From Folioceros fuciformis (taxonomy: Eukaryota): DNA of 64,000 nucleotides. The stretch spans positions 220,234 through 284,233 of the forward strand of contig JBNGIO010006382.1 of the NCBI GenBank assembly GCA_049999805.1, written 5' to 3'. Numbering within the stretch: the stretch's first letter is position 1; each line of letters starts with the position of its first letter. Positions 1 through 11,394 of the stretch are shown piece by piece. The notes beneath the pieces are model-generated. The model was given only the letters and a program-made list of their open reading frames with translations, was not told the origin of the DNA and made no database searches. The translations under genes and the position numbers were made by a program.

Positions 1-268
1 CTCTGGAGAAGAGTATATCCTTCGAGCTGGCTATTGGCTTCAATGGTCGAGTTTGGGTAGGTCATCTGTCCCAATCAATGCGTGACATCAGTAGTATCTA
101 CCTTTCCGACCAGCAGTTGAAATTGTGGGAATGCTTTGTCCGCAGGTGGAGTGCTCATCTCCGGCTTCTACAATTTTGATATCCAATGCCATTGTAAATT
201 CCGAGTCTCTCACTGCCGTGCAACAACAGATTCTAGTAAAAAAGCTCCTTGAGAGCGCTGAAAGCTAA
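1..268 (+). CDS. RRP40: 3' end of exosome complex component RRP40 (partial; exons <1-56 and 146-268)
   Basis: Translates to ...LEKSISFELAIGFNGRVW|VECSSPASTILISNAIVNSESLTAVQQQILVKKLLESAES*. This matches the FE(I/L)A(V/I)GxNGRVW KH-domain motif of Rrp40. GT-AG intron at 57-145; TAA at 266-268. Confidence 0.8.
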
Positions 269-468
269 GAGCTTGCAAGCTGCAATCTAAGCTGGTAGCG
301 CGACGACTATGAGAAACGGCGGCAACGAGAGAACCTCTTGTAGCTGAATTAGAGTGAAGGAGCTCACATCTCGATCTTCAGCCTGAAAGATTCATCAGAC
401 CTGACTCCATGGCGTTGTTGTACATGTAACCTTAGCCAGTCCCACCTGTTTTGTTCAGATTAGTTCTT

Positions 469-2808
469 TCAGGAAAGCCCCAGGACTCTGCCCGTCTCCA
501 AATCGAGGTCAATGTCGAAAAAGCAGGGTCTTGTGGGCAACCCTGGCATGGTGCTCATCGTCCCGACGAGGGGACAAATGAATCCAGCTCCCACACTTGC
601 TCGTACATCCCGGATGGGCAATAAGAAACCTTTGGGCACCCCTTTGTTTGCTGCAACATGTGAGAATGAATATTGAGTTTTTGCCATGCAAATGGGCAAC
701 CCCGCAAAGCCTTGCCGAGTGTACGTCTCAATCTGCTTCTCGGCCTGGAAGCATCCAGGACTCGTTCAGCCGCGTTTAGAGATTTGCTTTCCATAGCGAA
801 TGCTGTACAAATGGGAGGGAGAGGGTTGGCAGTTACCTCCGGAGAGTATTCCACCCCATCTGCTCCATACGACTTTGAAATGGCTTCAATCTTCTGCTTG
901 ATGCTAAGATCAAGTGGGTACAGGAACTTGAAGGTTAAAGTGTTCTGCTCGCACGCGTTCTGTACTGCAACTCCGAGATCGACCTGTGTGCCAAATTCAC
1001 CACACAGGTCACTCCACTTCTCCATCACAACTGTCGCTATTGTTGCAACAATCACGAAGAGCAGAAATGATTGGTGGTAGGGATGCCGTTCGTGATGTCC
1101 AAACTTACAGCTCCAGCTCCTCCATGTGCGTGATGGGTACAGACCACTGCATCAAATGCACCAGCCGCAAGAGCAGCCTTCTTCACTGCTGCCAACTCAG
1201 CTGCAGTGTCAGTGGCAAAGGCGTTGATTGCCACCACAACATTAACTCCGTAGGCCTTGGTGTTCTCCACATGCTTTGCTAGATTACAGCATCCAGCTGT
1301 TACCAAGTCCAGATTCTCAGACTTGTATGCATGGTCCAAGGGCCTCCCAGCCACCACTTCAGGGCCTCCTCCATGCATCTTGAGAGCTCTGACAGTGGCG
1401 ACGATGATAGCCGCCTGCGGTTTCAGGCCACTGTACCGACATTTAATGTTCATGAACTTCTCGGTCCCGATGTCAGCGCCGAAACCTGCCTCCGTGACCA
1501 CGAACCCACCAGGCCCGACTAGCTTCAGTGCGATCTGGTCAGCAACGATGGATGAGTTCCCATGTGCAATGTTGGCGAAGGGGCCGGCATGCACGAGCAC
1601 AGGAGTTCCTTCCAACGTCTGCATCAATGTTGGGTTGATAGCATCTCTCATGAGTACCGTCAAGGCCCCTCCTACGCCAAGGTCATCAGCAGTGATGGCA
1701 TCACCGCCCTTGCTAGTACCCACAACCATATTGCCTAGTCTCTCACGCATATCTGCCAGCGATGTGGTGAGTGCCAACACAGCCATGATCTCGCTCGCCA
1801 CAGAGATATCAAAACCTGTCTCTCGAGTCTGTCCTTTCTCATCCGGCCCTTGTCCCACAGTTATCTTCCGCAGAAAACGGTCATTCACGTCCATCACCCG
1901 CTTCCACGTAATCTGGTCTGGATCAAAATCAAGCCTCACAAACCGCTTCACCTCATCAGGAGTGAGCAGACTTGGCCCCTCCTTGTCAATGCCCAGCTTT
2001 TTGAGCCGCTTCAACATCACTTTGGCAAAGGTGCGGTTCCCCTCCTTGTCAGCCGGGCAGAGCCTGTTGAGCAAGGCCTTGTCCGTCTGGGTGGCCTCAT
2101 GAAACATGCGTGCGTCTATGGCTGCAGCCAGCAGGTTGTTGGCAGCCGTGATGGCATGGATATCTCCAGTCATGTGCAGGTTGAACTCGTCCATGGGGAT
2201 CACCTGGCTGTACCCTCCTCCAGCTGCACCACCTTTGATCCCGAAAGTAGGACCCTGGCTTGGCTGCCGAAGGCACGTCACCACCTGCATCAATCCACAC
2301 AACACGACCATCAAAATCACGTCCATCTCAAGCCTAGACCACCACAAGCCATCTGACCAACAACGATTCACTCTCACTGCCTCATGAACACTCACTCACC
2401 TTCTTCCCCATGTGGGCTCCAAGAGCTTGGGAGACGCCAACGGTTGTGGTCGACTTCCCCTCTCCCAATGGTGTCGGGGTAATGCCTCCCACCACCACAT
2501 AGTACCCACCTTCTGCGTTGGACAACCGATCACGAGCAGACAGAAGAACCTGCCGAAACACAACCAGCACAACTCAACACCAAGATCCAGCAAACACAAC
2601 CTCCAACAACCCCAATGCGCACGATTTCACCACCCAAACAAAAGCCCCAAACCTTCGCCTTGCTCTTCCCGTACAGATCGTAGTCGGCAGGTGTAAGCCC
2701 AAGCTCCTCCGCAATCTCCTGGATGGGGAGCGGCTCTACCGCATTTGCTATATCGATGTCAGCTGGAACTGGGCTCGACACTGTCAGTTTCCTAATGGTC
2801 TTCCCCAT
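469..2808 (-). CDS. FTHFS: Formate--tetrahydrofolate ligase (10-formyl-THF synthetase). Exons 2808-2653, 2549-2400, 2284-1109, 983-837, 744-469
   Basis: Signature motifs [72 protein letters not shown] and TMPGLP. All four introns are GT-AG and keep the frame. Confidence 0.96.
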
Positions 2809-3204
2809 GGCCTCCAAAGCCCAGACCTGCCCTGTCCTCAATCGGAGCAAACCCCAATCGACGCCTCAGCTTTCCATCATCCAACAAGCACAACAACAGC
2901 ACCCTTCTCAATTCCAACGATCCTTCGTATCCTCGAAATTGCTAGCGTCTGGGTATGGCAAGCGTCGTGCACTCAAGCACGTCTTGCAACGAGCTTGAGC
3001 AATGTGGGGTTGGAAAATCCAGCTCGAAACGACAACCCGCTTTGCACCAACTTCGGATTACAGATAGCAAGACTCCAACGCCCGGCGTAAGGAGCTGCTG
3101 GTATCCCGTCACCCTGACAGCACGGCCACCAGATAGCCAGAAAGCGGAGGAGGCCTGGCTGGCCGGGCGCTTCCTGTCTTCGTTGGCCCGCGCCCGGCCC
3201 GGGC

Positions 3205-3230
3205 CGCGGTCACGTGGCGCCAATCATTGG
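3205..3230. promoter_or_regulatory. G-box (CACGTG) and CCAAT motif in the divergent FTHFS/RPE intergenic region
   Basis: GTCACGTGGC at 3209-3218, followed by the palindromic CCAATCATTGG. Lies in the ~710-bp spacer between two head-to-head genes. Function inferred from motif only. Confidence 0.35.
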
Positions 3231-3520
3231 CTCGGTCTGTTGAAATTGCTGAAATTCTAAGAAAACGTAGATAATGGATGGCCACAGCAGCAGACACAGC
3301 TTGGGAAGCCAAGCCACTCAATGTTGGAGCCAAGTTTTGTGCGGTTCTCCTCGACGCGCCAGTTTACAAAGGCTCTCAGCGTGTACATGGTCCGTGGAGA
3401 CGAGTGACTCGACAGGACCACGACTCATTAGCGACACAAGACGAGTTTGAGACAGGACGAGACGTCTCGACGGACCAGATTCGCGACTGAATAGGTTGCG
3501 CATCGGCAAGGACTGCGGCC

Positions 3521-4408
3521 ATGGCGGCAGCGGCGATGGTAGGGAGCGTGCCGGGGGCTGGCACGGCGCTTGCTGTGGCGTCTCCTTCGCAGAAGGCGAC
3601 CGGGGCCGTGTGTCAGAGTGCTTTCTGGGGGAGGAAGCAGCGCTGCCATGGCGGGAGAGCGGCTTGCAGCGGGAGGGCCGGGATGCCGGCCGTGCAGGCG
3701 TCCTCTCGTGTGGACAAGTTCTCCAAGACGGACGTGATTGTGTCGCCGTCTATTCTGTCCGCCAATTTTGCCAGGCTCGGGGAGCAGGTGAAGGCTGTGG
3801 ACGAGGCCGGGTGTGATTGGATTCACGTAGACGTGATGGACGGGAGGTTCGTGCCGAACATCACCATCGGGCCGCTGGTTGTGGATGCGTTGCGGCCGGT
3901 CACGGAGTTGCCACTCGATGTGCATCTGATGATTGTGGAGCCGGAGCAGAGAGTGCCGGATTTCATCAAGGCCGGGGCGGATATTGTGAGTGTGCACGCG
4001 GAGGTGGCGTCCACGATCCACCTGCACCGCACCGTGAACCAGATCAAGAGCCTGGGAGCCAAGGCGGGAGTGGTGCTCAACCCCAGCACGCCGCTCGCGG
4101 CCATCGAGTATGTGCTGGATGTTGTGGATCTGGTGTTGATCATGTCTGTGAACCCTGGCTTCGGCGGGCAGAGCTTCATCGAGAGCCAGGTGCGCAAGAT
4201 CTCGGAGCTCAGGAGGGTGTGTGCGGAGAAGGGAGTGAACCCCTGGATCGAGGTTGATGGCGGAGTCACCCCTGCTAACGCCTACAAGGTCATCGAGGCC
4301 GGTGCCAACGCTCTGGTAGCTGGCTCGGCGGTTTTCGGGGCCAAGAGCTACGCGGATGCCATCAAGGGCATCAAAACCAGCAAGAGGCCGGAGCCTGTTC
4401 CTGTCTGA
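3521..4408 (+). CDS. RPE: Ribulose-phosphate 3-epimerase, chloroplastic; single exon
   Basis: Ala/Ser/Arg-rich transit peptide, then [52 protein letters not shown] and VAGSAVF. Confidence 0.97.
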   Translation: MAAAAMVGSVPGAGTALAVASPSQKATGAVCQSAFWGRKQRCHGGRAACSGRAGMPAVQASSRVDKFSKTDVIVSPSILSANFARLGEQVKAVDEAGCDWIHVDVMDGRFVPNITIGPLVVDALRPVTELPLDVHLMIVEPEQRVPDFIKAGADIVSVHAEVASTIHLHRTVNQIKSLGAKAGVVLNPSTPLAAIEYVLDVVDLVLIMSVNPGFGGQSFIESQVRKISELRRVCAEKGVNPWIEVDGGVTPANAYKVIEAGANALVAGSAVFGAKSYADAIKGIKTSKRPEPVPV

Positions 4409-5141
4409 GACCAGGGCCTGTGATCCACGTCTTCTAGGAAGGCATTTTGCACAAGGAATCAAGGAAGGGGAAATTCTCTGTGGTCTCGCACGTCAAAATT
4501 GGAGACTGTATATTATGGACACTTTTGTGATCATACTACCTCGCATCTTCCAGTGGCTCAGGAGGTGTGGTTGGATTGTTGAAGCCTCGTATGCATTTGG
4601 TAGTTTGATGCTAGAGACTGTGTACCTATCTATGTTGTGATCCTGCCACAAGAAGTCAGATCGGTGTGTGGCTTTAGGAAGCGAGGTAGGAACGTGTTAC
4701 ATTCCCGGTTTTGTCACGACATTCCCGTTGTTCTCATTGTTGAAAATCCGAATCTAGAATTCGGTGTTTATCGCTGAAAACTGTTGGAAACACGAAGGAC
4801 CGTTTACTGAGAAAGGCTGCATCCTTGATACTCCTTTTGATGCTTCCGGTGATGCGGGCGGTGGATAAGAAACCTGTGGACACCAGACATCTCCTGATCG
4901 TTTTGATAAGGTGCTGCGACACCTGGCGATTTCCTGCTTATCACGACTGCTCCGTGCATGATCAAAATTTTGCCTTTTATTAAACATAATATGGGACGCC
5001 CAAAACACGGGTGACAATTCGCCGAAATGCCACATGAGCAAGCAAGTAAACCTTCCCGGTCCTAGAGCCTTGGTTGTGGAACCCTCGTCCAAGCAGGCAT
5101 GGAGGTGAAAAGAGACGAAGCTGGCACGAGAGAGCCCACGC

Positions 5142-6721
5142 CTACGAGGAAGACGTGAGCCAGTTGCTGAGCAAAGCAAGGAATGCTATTGCCAGGATGA
5201 TGTTGAGGAAGTAGTTGGACGCGAGAGGCTTGTCAGGACTCCCTCCCACCGCCAGATACTCTGCCCTGATCTTGGCCTTCATGTCCTCTGACAGTTCCTT
5301 CTGCAGCCAAGGCAGAAGCATAACAGAGGAGTCATTCCCCTGTTCCTGGACTTCCTTCTTCCTTTCATCCCAAACACACATTGTGCCTTGCTAGTCTTTT
5401 CTACCCAGATTTGTAGCCCTTTATTCCCAAAATTCCACACAGACAAAACACTCATCTTGCTTATGCCTGCATCCGCCACTGCTGCTGTCAGACTTCAGCC
5501 TTCAAAACCAACACAAAATGCAGCCATCAAACAGACAAAACCTTGCAACTGTGACAGCGCACGTCTTAATGGGAATACCTTGCCACTGCTGGAGTACTTG
5601 GCGGCATCGAATTTCTCTGCAACCTTCTTCTCTTCCTTGTCAATGAAGATGCCCTCCGGCGGGTCGAACTTGGCCCCCAGCTCACTCAGCTTAGCATGCG
5701 CTTCGGCATAATCGCTGAAAAATGCGTCCTGATCCGCAGCATACTTCTCCGCAAACACCTTGAACTCGGGGTCCTCAAACAGGGCCGCATCCGTGGGCAA
5801 CACCAGCAGCTCCTCATCTCTCCGCTCCTTGATATCCTTGAAGTAGGAGTTATCGAACTTGAGCCACTGCACGGTCCAAGACTGACCTCCTGGAGCACCG
5901 GGGCCATCCTTGGTGTACTTGGTCTCCGGCTTCCCCCAGCCACTGCGGTCCGGCCGGGCCCTTCCCAGAGTGTGCGCACCCGACAACGCCACAATTTCCT
6001 TGTCACTCAGCCCCATGCGGTAGAAAACCTTCCGCAGATGCTCAGCCGGGGACGGAGGCCCGGCATCCGGCAGATTCCCCTCCTTCACACACTCCTCCGG
6101 CCCTGCAGTATCAACCCTGCCGTACTTCATGGGAATCTTGGGCCCGCCGGCCTCCTCGATGGCAGTCGCACTTGCAAGCTGGAACAGATCCGCATAGCTC
6201 ACATCAGGGAACTTCTTCTTCACAGGCTCGATAAGGCTGAGCGCATTGACCAGCCCCGCATTCGCCCCGTGCGCCAATTCCACATCGTAGCGGAGGCTGC
6301 CATTAGCGCCGCCATGCTTGGGCCACTCCTTCACGTCCTTATCAAACGTTCCCGCATCATGCCAGCCCAGGCGGATCAGGATAGGGGCGCAGTTCTTCTC
6401 CCTCAGAACCTCCTTAATTTCCTCCTTGGCGCCCTTGAGCTGCTCGGGATCGGAAGCCAAGCTGGTGGAAGTGAGGGCCCCGCCCCTGGCCGCACTGGAG
6501 CTCTGCCTCACCTGATGCTTCCTCAGCGCAGCGCTGGAATGCCTCCCGACAAACTCCGACACAAGCTTACACGAACTCTTCATGTGCTCCACTTTGGCCA
6601 GAAAAGGCAGCGGGCAGCTCCCGGAGCTGGAGCAAGCGCCGCTGATGGACGCTCCCGCCATGGGAGCAACCCGCTGCAGCGAGCTCCTGAGCCCCAAGAC
6701 AGAGGACGCCGCCGTCGCCAT
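5142..6721 (-). CDS. tAPX: Chloroplast L-ascorbate peroxidase, thylakoid isoform. Exons 6721-5579 and 5300-5142
   Basis: Transit peptide; [31 protein letters not shown] and [15 protein letters not shown]. Splicing AAG|gt(5578)...cag(5301)|AAG gives [22 protein letters not shown]...[16 protein letters not shown], the tAPX membrane anchor. ATG at 6721 has good context; 6727 is GTG. Confidence 0.95.
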
Positions 6722-7931
6722 GGCCACCGTCTTGTATGCAATCGAAGATTCCGTGCTCAGAGTGTGCGCAGGGACTGCATTTATAAGAACAGTGAGGGAG
6801 TCTCGAGCAATCCAGAAGCTGTACCTAAATTGCCGATTGCCTTCCCTCCAGCTGCTGCCGAGATATATGCAGCCAATGAACGCCGGCCGGTGCTCAATCG
6901 TCTACCCGACACCTCGCTCCCGCTGCCCAAATATTCGTCGCCCCGGCAGAAACCAACCGGAGGTGCTTTCTTGCGTATTTTCCTTCCTTCACCCCACCCA
7001 GTTTCCAGTTTCCGATTTCCAGCTTCCGAACCTGTAAGCTTCGGGCCGAAGCACTTCGGCTCGGCTCGCAAGGGACGTGGTCCCGGGAGCTTGGCTTTTT
7101 CTCTACTCCTCTGTGTTACGTGGTGTGATGCGGGATTGCTCGCAGGCCACACAGCCTGCACAGCGCAGCCGAGGGCTTGCAGGCTGGGTGCGGTTGCGGG
7201 GGAATTCCTGGTTTCCATTCATGTGTTTGGGAGCGGTGTTGGAGAGGATGCTGGAGACGGTCGCTTGTTTCTGCGCTCCGTTTGTGGCAGAGGAGGTGCG
7301 CTGGTGGCTGGGATTGTTCTCTTGCGCCAGGCGGTGACGGAATCCTGGTAGTCGAGGAGGAGGAGAAGCGCAGGGTTGCCATGGTGTCCGATCTGGAGGA
7401 CCGAAGGTTGCGTGCCCCGGCAGGGACTTCTTGTTGTTAACTTGCGAAGGTCTCAAGGGCTTTTGGAGTGAGGATGATAAGAAATCCTTTGTTTTGCTTC
7501 GAGGTTAGTTAAAGGAAGGGGTGGCGTCTCGGAGTGATTGGCTGACTGTGTCTCTGTCGGGAACGTCCTTGCCTGATGGTTGTGTGGAGGTCGTAGATAG
7601 GGGCCGTGTTTCCGTTTTTGCCTGTGCTTCCGTTTCTGCCTGTGCAGGGATGTGGGACAGGTGTCTTGAGTCGTTCTATGCATGGATATCGCAGCCAGTG
7701 TGCTTTTGCATAGTAGGTCAGCTTTTTGGTAGCGTTGTGTGAAGACGTCTACTCTTGTTGCCTATGTCTGTTAGTTGTTCAACTCCAGTGCGGATGTTTT
7801 TTCTCGTGAGGTAGGGGCTGACATGAGGTCAGTGTCCTGTGGACAGATTTATCTCGAATGAGGGAGGCAGCAGACCAGTCTCAGAATCTGGTGGCAGTCA
7901 GCAACGTTAACCGGGTTCCATCTGAGGAAAC

Positions 7932-8651
7932 ATGCCGTGTCCTGGCTCTCCATCGACACATGCTGAAAGGCTGCTGACGATTACCACTCCTTGTGCACGA
8001 GAAGAGAATTCCACGCAGCAGGAGAAGGAGGAGAGGATGGAAGAGTGGGTTGCAAGGCCTTTGATATCCTCGAGGATGGGAGGGGGAAGGCCCTCGTCAC
8101 CATCTTACTCTGTGGCCTTCGTGAATGGAACTTTGAAGCAAGGATTTGGCAATCACTGGCTCATGGAGGAACAAATGGCATCTGGTCATGCACGGTTTCT
8201 GGGCGCTGCCTTCACAAAGGATCAGTTTCCTCTTGTATGTGGGCCCTTCCAGGTTCCATTCCTGCTGAACATCCCCTCCAAGGGTCGCAGAGTGCGGGGA
8301 GAAGTGTACGAGGTAGACCCTGTTGCCTTGCAGAAACTGGACGAGTTGGAAGGTATCGAGACGGGGCATTATGTACGTTCTCCCATTAAAGTCTCTGACC
8401 TGCAACCAGATGTGTGTGTCTCGCGGGTCATCAGATCTCCGGTGTTTGAGGCACAGGTCTATTTTGCTGATCCTCATTACGCTCCAGGTATGGCCCATGT
8501 ACCTCATCTTGACGCGCACACTCACAAGGAAGCCTCAACATACTTGAGAAGGGAGGACTGGCCTCAAAATAAATCATTTCTCGAGCACGTCTGGGCCCCA
8601 TGCGACTTTCTGATTGCTTTCCATCACAGACAGCTTTTCCAGATCTCATAG
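7932..8651 (+). CDS. Gamma-glutamylcyclotransferase / AIG2-like family protein (start uncertain; possibly degenerate)
   Basis: FVNGTLKQGFGNHWLM, FPLVCGPFQVPFLLN, VRGEVYEV and LDELEG...HYVR match plant GGCT-like proteins. Confidence 0.8.
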   Translation: MPCPGSPSTHAERLLTITTPCAREENSTQQEKEERMEEWVARPLISSRMGGGRPSSPSYSVAFVNGTLKQGFGNHWLMEEQMASGHARFLGAAFTKDQFPLVCGPFQVPFLLNIPSKGRRVRGEVYEVDPVALQKLDELEGIETGHYVRSPIKVSDLQPDVCVSRVIRSPVFEAQVYFADPHYAPGMAHVPHLDAHTHKEASTYLRREDWPQNKSFLEHVWAPCDFLIAFHHRQLFQIS

Positions 8652-9551
8652 TAGGGTTTTCCTGATCGTTGGGTCTTGAAGCCGTTCCTCATCGGGGGCC
8701 AGGTGCTGACATGCAGACATCCTTTCGCCGAATAGGATGATGTGAAACATTGGAAAATCAGTGTAAGAGTAGATAGTCATTTACAGTCCACTATACGCTT
8801 TGGATAGTGTGCATGGTCGACACGCCGGTCTGACAATATGGAAGGCATGAGATCGACCCTGGATCCATGCGCACTTCCTTCGATGGTTTGATCAATTCAT
8901 TTTATTGGACGTGCAGACAATGCTTTGCTTCTTGTATGGCTGCTTCCATCGCCACTAGGCTGCCTATCTTCGAACTGGAGTGTGATGAGAAGAACGAGGT
9001 ACCTTCAGATGTATGGCCGCATCCAGTGCCAGATCATGCTTAGGGTGCGGATGTCAGGATAAGGTCGGAGGACCCCTCAATGTGGAACACTCGAGGGCTG
9101 AGCGCGCCCCGTAGGCGACATCGGCGGAGTTGTCCATGTCAGGTCGCGATGATTTCGGGACATCGCGTTAATGCGTGGCATGTGGACAGCTATTCTGGAC
9201 AGTGGACAGGCGAGCAGTAGCCGCGGACAAGGGTGTGCACAGGGAAAGCGCATCGATGGGCGGGAAGGCTGCAGCCGACGCAGGTTCAAGATATTCCGCC
9301 AGCCGATTTGAATCTTCACGATGCAGGTGGCGGTGCAACGAGACGACGAGGGAAGGACTCATCAGTCCACAATTACAGCACTGCACAACTCCCACCGCGG
9401 AAACAGAAGCCTGCCGCCGCAGGGAGGGGAGGAAAAAGAACACAACGAGAGAGGGAACTGCGCGCAGAGCGGAATGGTAGCGATACCGTGCGGATGATCG
9501 CCGCTTGGGATACACACACACCAATCCGTGACTGCACGCCGAATTAACAAG

Positions 9552-10294
9552 TCACGGAGCGAACAGACTATCGTCCGACCAGAGCGAGCAGGAGGCCTTG
9601 GGTATGGGTAAGGGGCGATCAGGGAAAGGACAGTACTGTATGGGTACGGGTACGTGGTCTGCACATTCCAGTGGAGATGGGTTCCCGCAGTTGCTCCCGT
9701 TCAGTCCCAGTCCCTGCCCGATCACTCCCACCACCAGCCTGCGGGAGCCCACAGCCCTGGGGGAGGAGAAGGGGCTGAAGCAGCCCGGAGACGAGGGCCG
9801 GCTGCTGCTGCTGCCCCAGTCTGTGTCCACCTCCATGGAAGACGGCCTTGCCCTACATTTTAACAGCAGCTTGCTCGTGTCCTGGATCAGCGACGAGTTG
9901 GAATCGCCAGCTGGTCCGGCGGCGGTCTCCGATTCGGGAGAGTCTTTGCTCAGCCTGCGTGTACTAGAACCCAAGTCCACAAGAGATGTGAGCAATGAAT
10001 CATGGAGAAGCCACGGCTGCGAGCTGCAGTGCCCGTCACCCCATAACGACGACTCGGGTGACGTCCAATGCCCCTGGTTCCCGAAAGCAACAGCTCTTCC
10101 GAAGGCGGCAGTGGCGGAGGAAGTGGAGTTGCGATCCTGCGGACCCCAAATCCCACTCCTGTTCCACCATCCCGTGGCCCAGCCCTGGACTGTTGCCTTT
10201 TCCCAGCCCTCCCACTCCGCCCATCCCTCACCGCTGCTGCTGCTTTTGGGAGACTGCGAGGAAGACGAAGAGCCGTCGCTCTTGCTCGCCCTGC

Positions 10295-10325
<31 letters not shown>

Positions 10326-11394
10326 ACAGCTCCTGCTCCTGTTAGTACTAGGATTAGTACTTGGTTCAGCCCCAACGCTGCTCCCGCTTTCTTGCTTGTG
10401 CGAAACGGGAGAGGAGGTCGTCCCCACTTGAAGGCTGCTCGCCTCCCGGAGGGTCCTGCTTTGGGCAGGATTCCTCTGCTTCTCCTTGTGAGCATCTCCC
10501 AGGACCAGCTGCTGCTCCTGCGCGCTAGTCTGGGCCAAGAAGTCCCTTTTTGGCTGCCCGCCCTTCCTAAACGACTCCTTGGGCTGCTTCACAGACCCTC
10601 CACCGGACCCCGCCTGCCTACCACTGGAGCTGGGAGCGGGCGTGGGGGAGCCGCCCCCACCCGCCTCGCTACTGCTACGACTAGCCTGCCGGCCCTGCCT
10701 ATCGGAGCCCCGCCCGGCCCCCTTCCAAGAACCTTTCCTACCATTCCTGCTGCTGGGCCGGGGCCTTTCCTGCGCGCCAGTCTTGAATCCCGGATCTTGA
10801 GCTTCCGGGGAGTCCGACCCAGCACCTGAACCCGAACCCGGACTCGGACTCGGACTCGGACCCGAACACGTCGACGAAGAAGAGGAGGCAGCACCAGTCA
10901 CGGAAGAAGCGGTAGAAGTAGAAGGAGCAAAGAGGCGAGACAGCAGCAGCCTGGGAAAAAACCACTTCCCATTCCACCCGCCGCCACCGCCACCAGCAGT
11001 ACCGCCATTCACCACCCGCACCTGCGCCCGCAGACTCCCGTGCCTGCTACGCCACACAATGAGCGGGGACCCGGCCCGGCCCGCCTTCCGGAACCTGGGC
11101 GGGTGGTGGCGGGAGATTTGCATGCGCAATTGCGCAGGAGCCGTGTAATAGATCACCACCAGCATACTGCTCACGGTGGCGCAGAAGAAAAGCATAAGCT
11201 GCCCGTACCCTGCAGCCGGGACCTGCTCCACGCAGACCGGAAGCAAGAGCCCACTCCTCCCCGTCCCGCCATTCTTGATCCCCGGATCCCGTTGCCCTCC
11301 TAGACCGCCTCCCACCCTGGCATTACACCCTCCGAATTCCGCAACCCCCGCCGCCATCCCGCGCTCCAGCGCCACGCCCTGCAGGAGCTCCAGG
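9552..11394 (-). CDS. Long Ser/Gly-rich ORF of unknown function; 5' end runs into an assembly gap and the 3' end is probably spliced
   Basis: >600 codons open on the minus strand, with one hydrophobic segment (LMLFFCATVSSMLVVIYYTA), poly-Ser tracts and a Trp-rich patch. No family recognised. GC-rich low-complexity DNA can stay open by chance. Confidence 0.4.

Noticed and set aside
5696-7351. 551-aa plus-strand ORF and similar long antisense ORFs (3428-4462, 1257-2102, 48563-49351)
   Set aside because: Shadow ORFs opposite GC-rich real genes, with no recognisable motifs.
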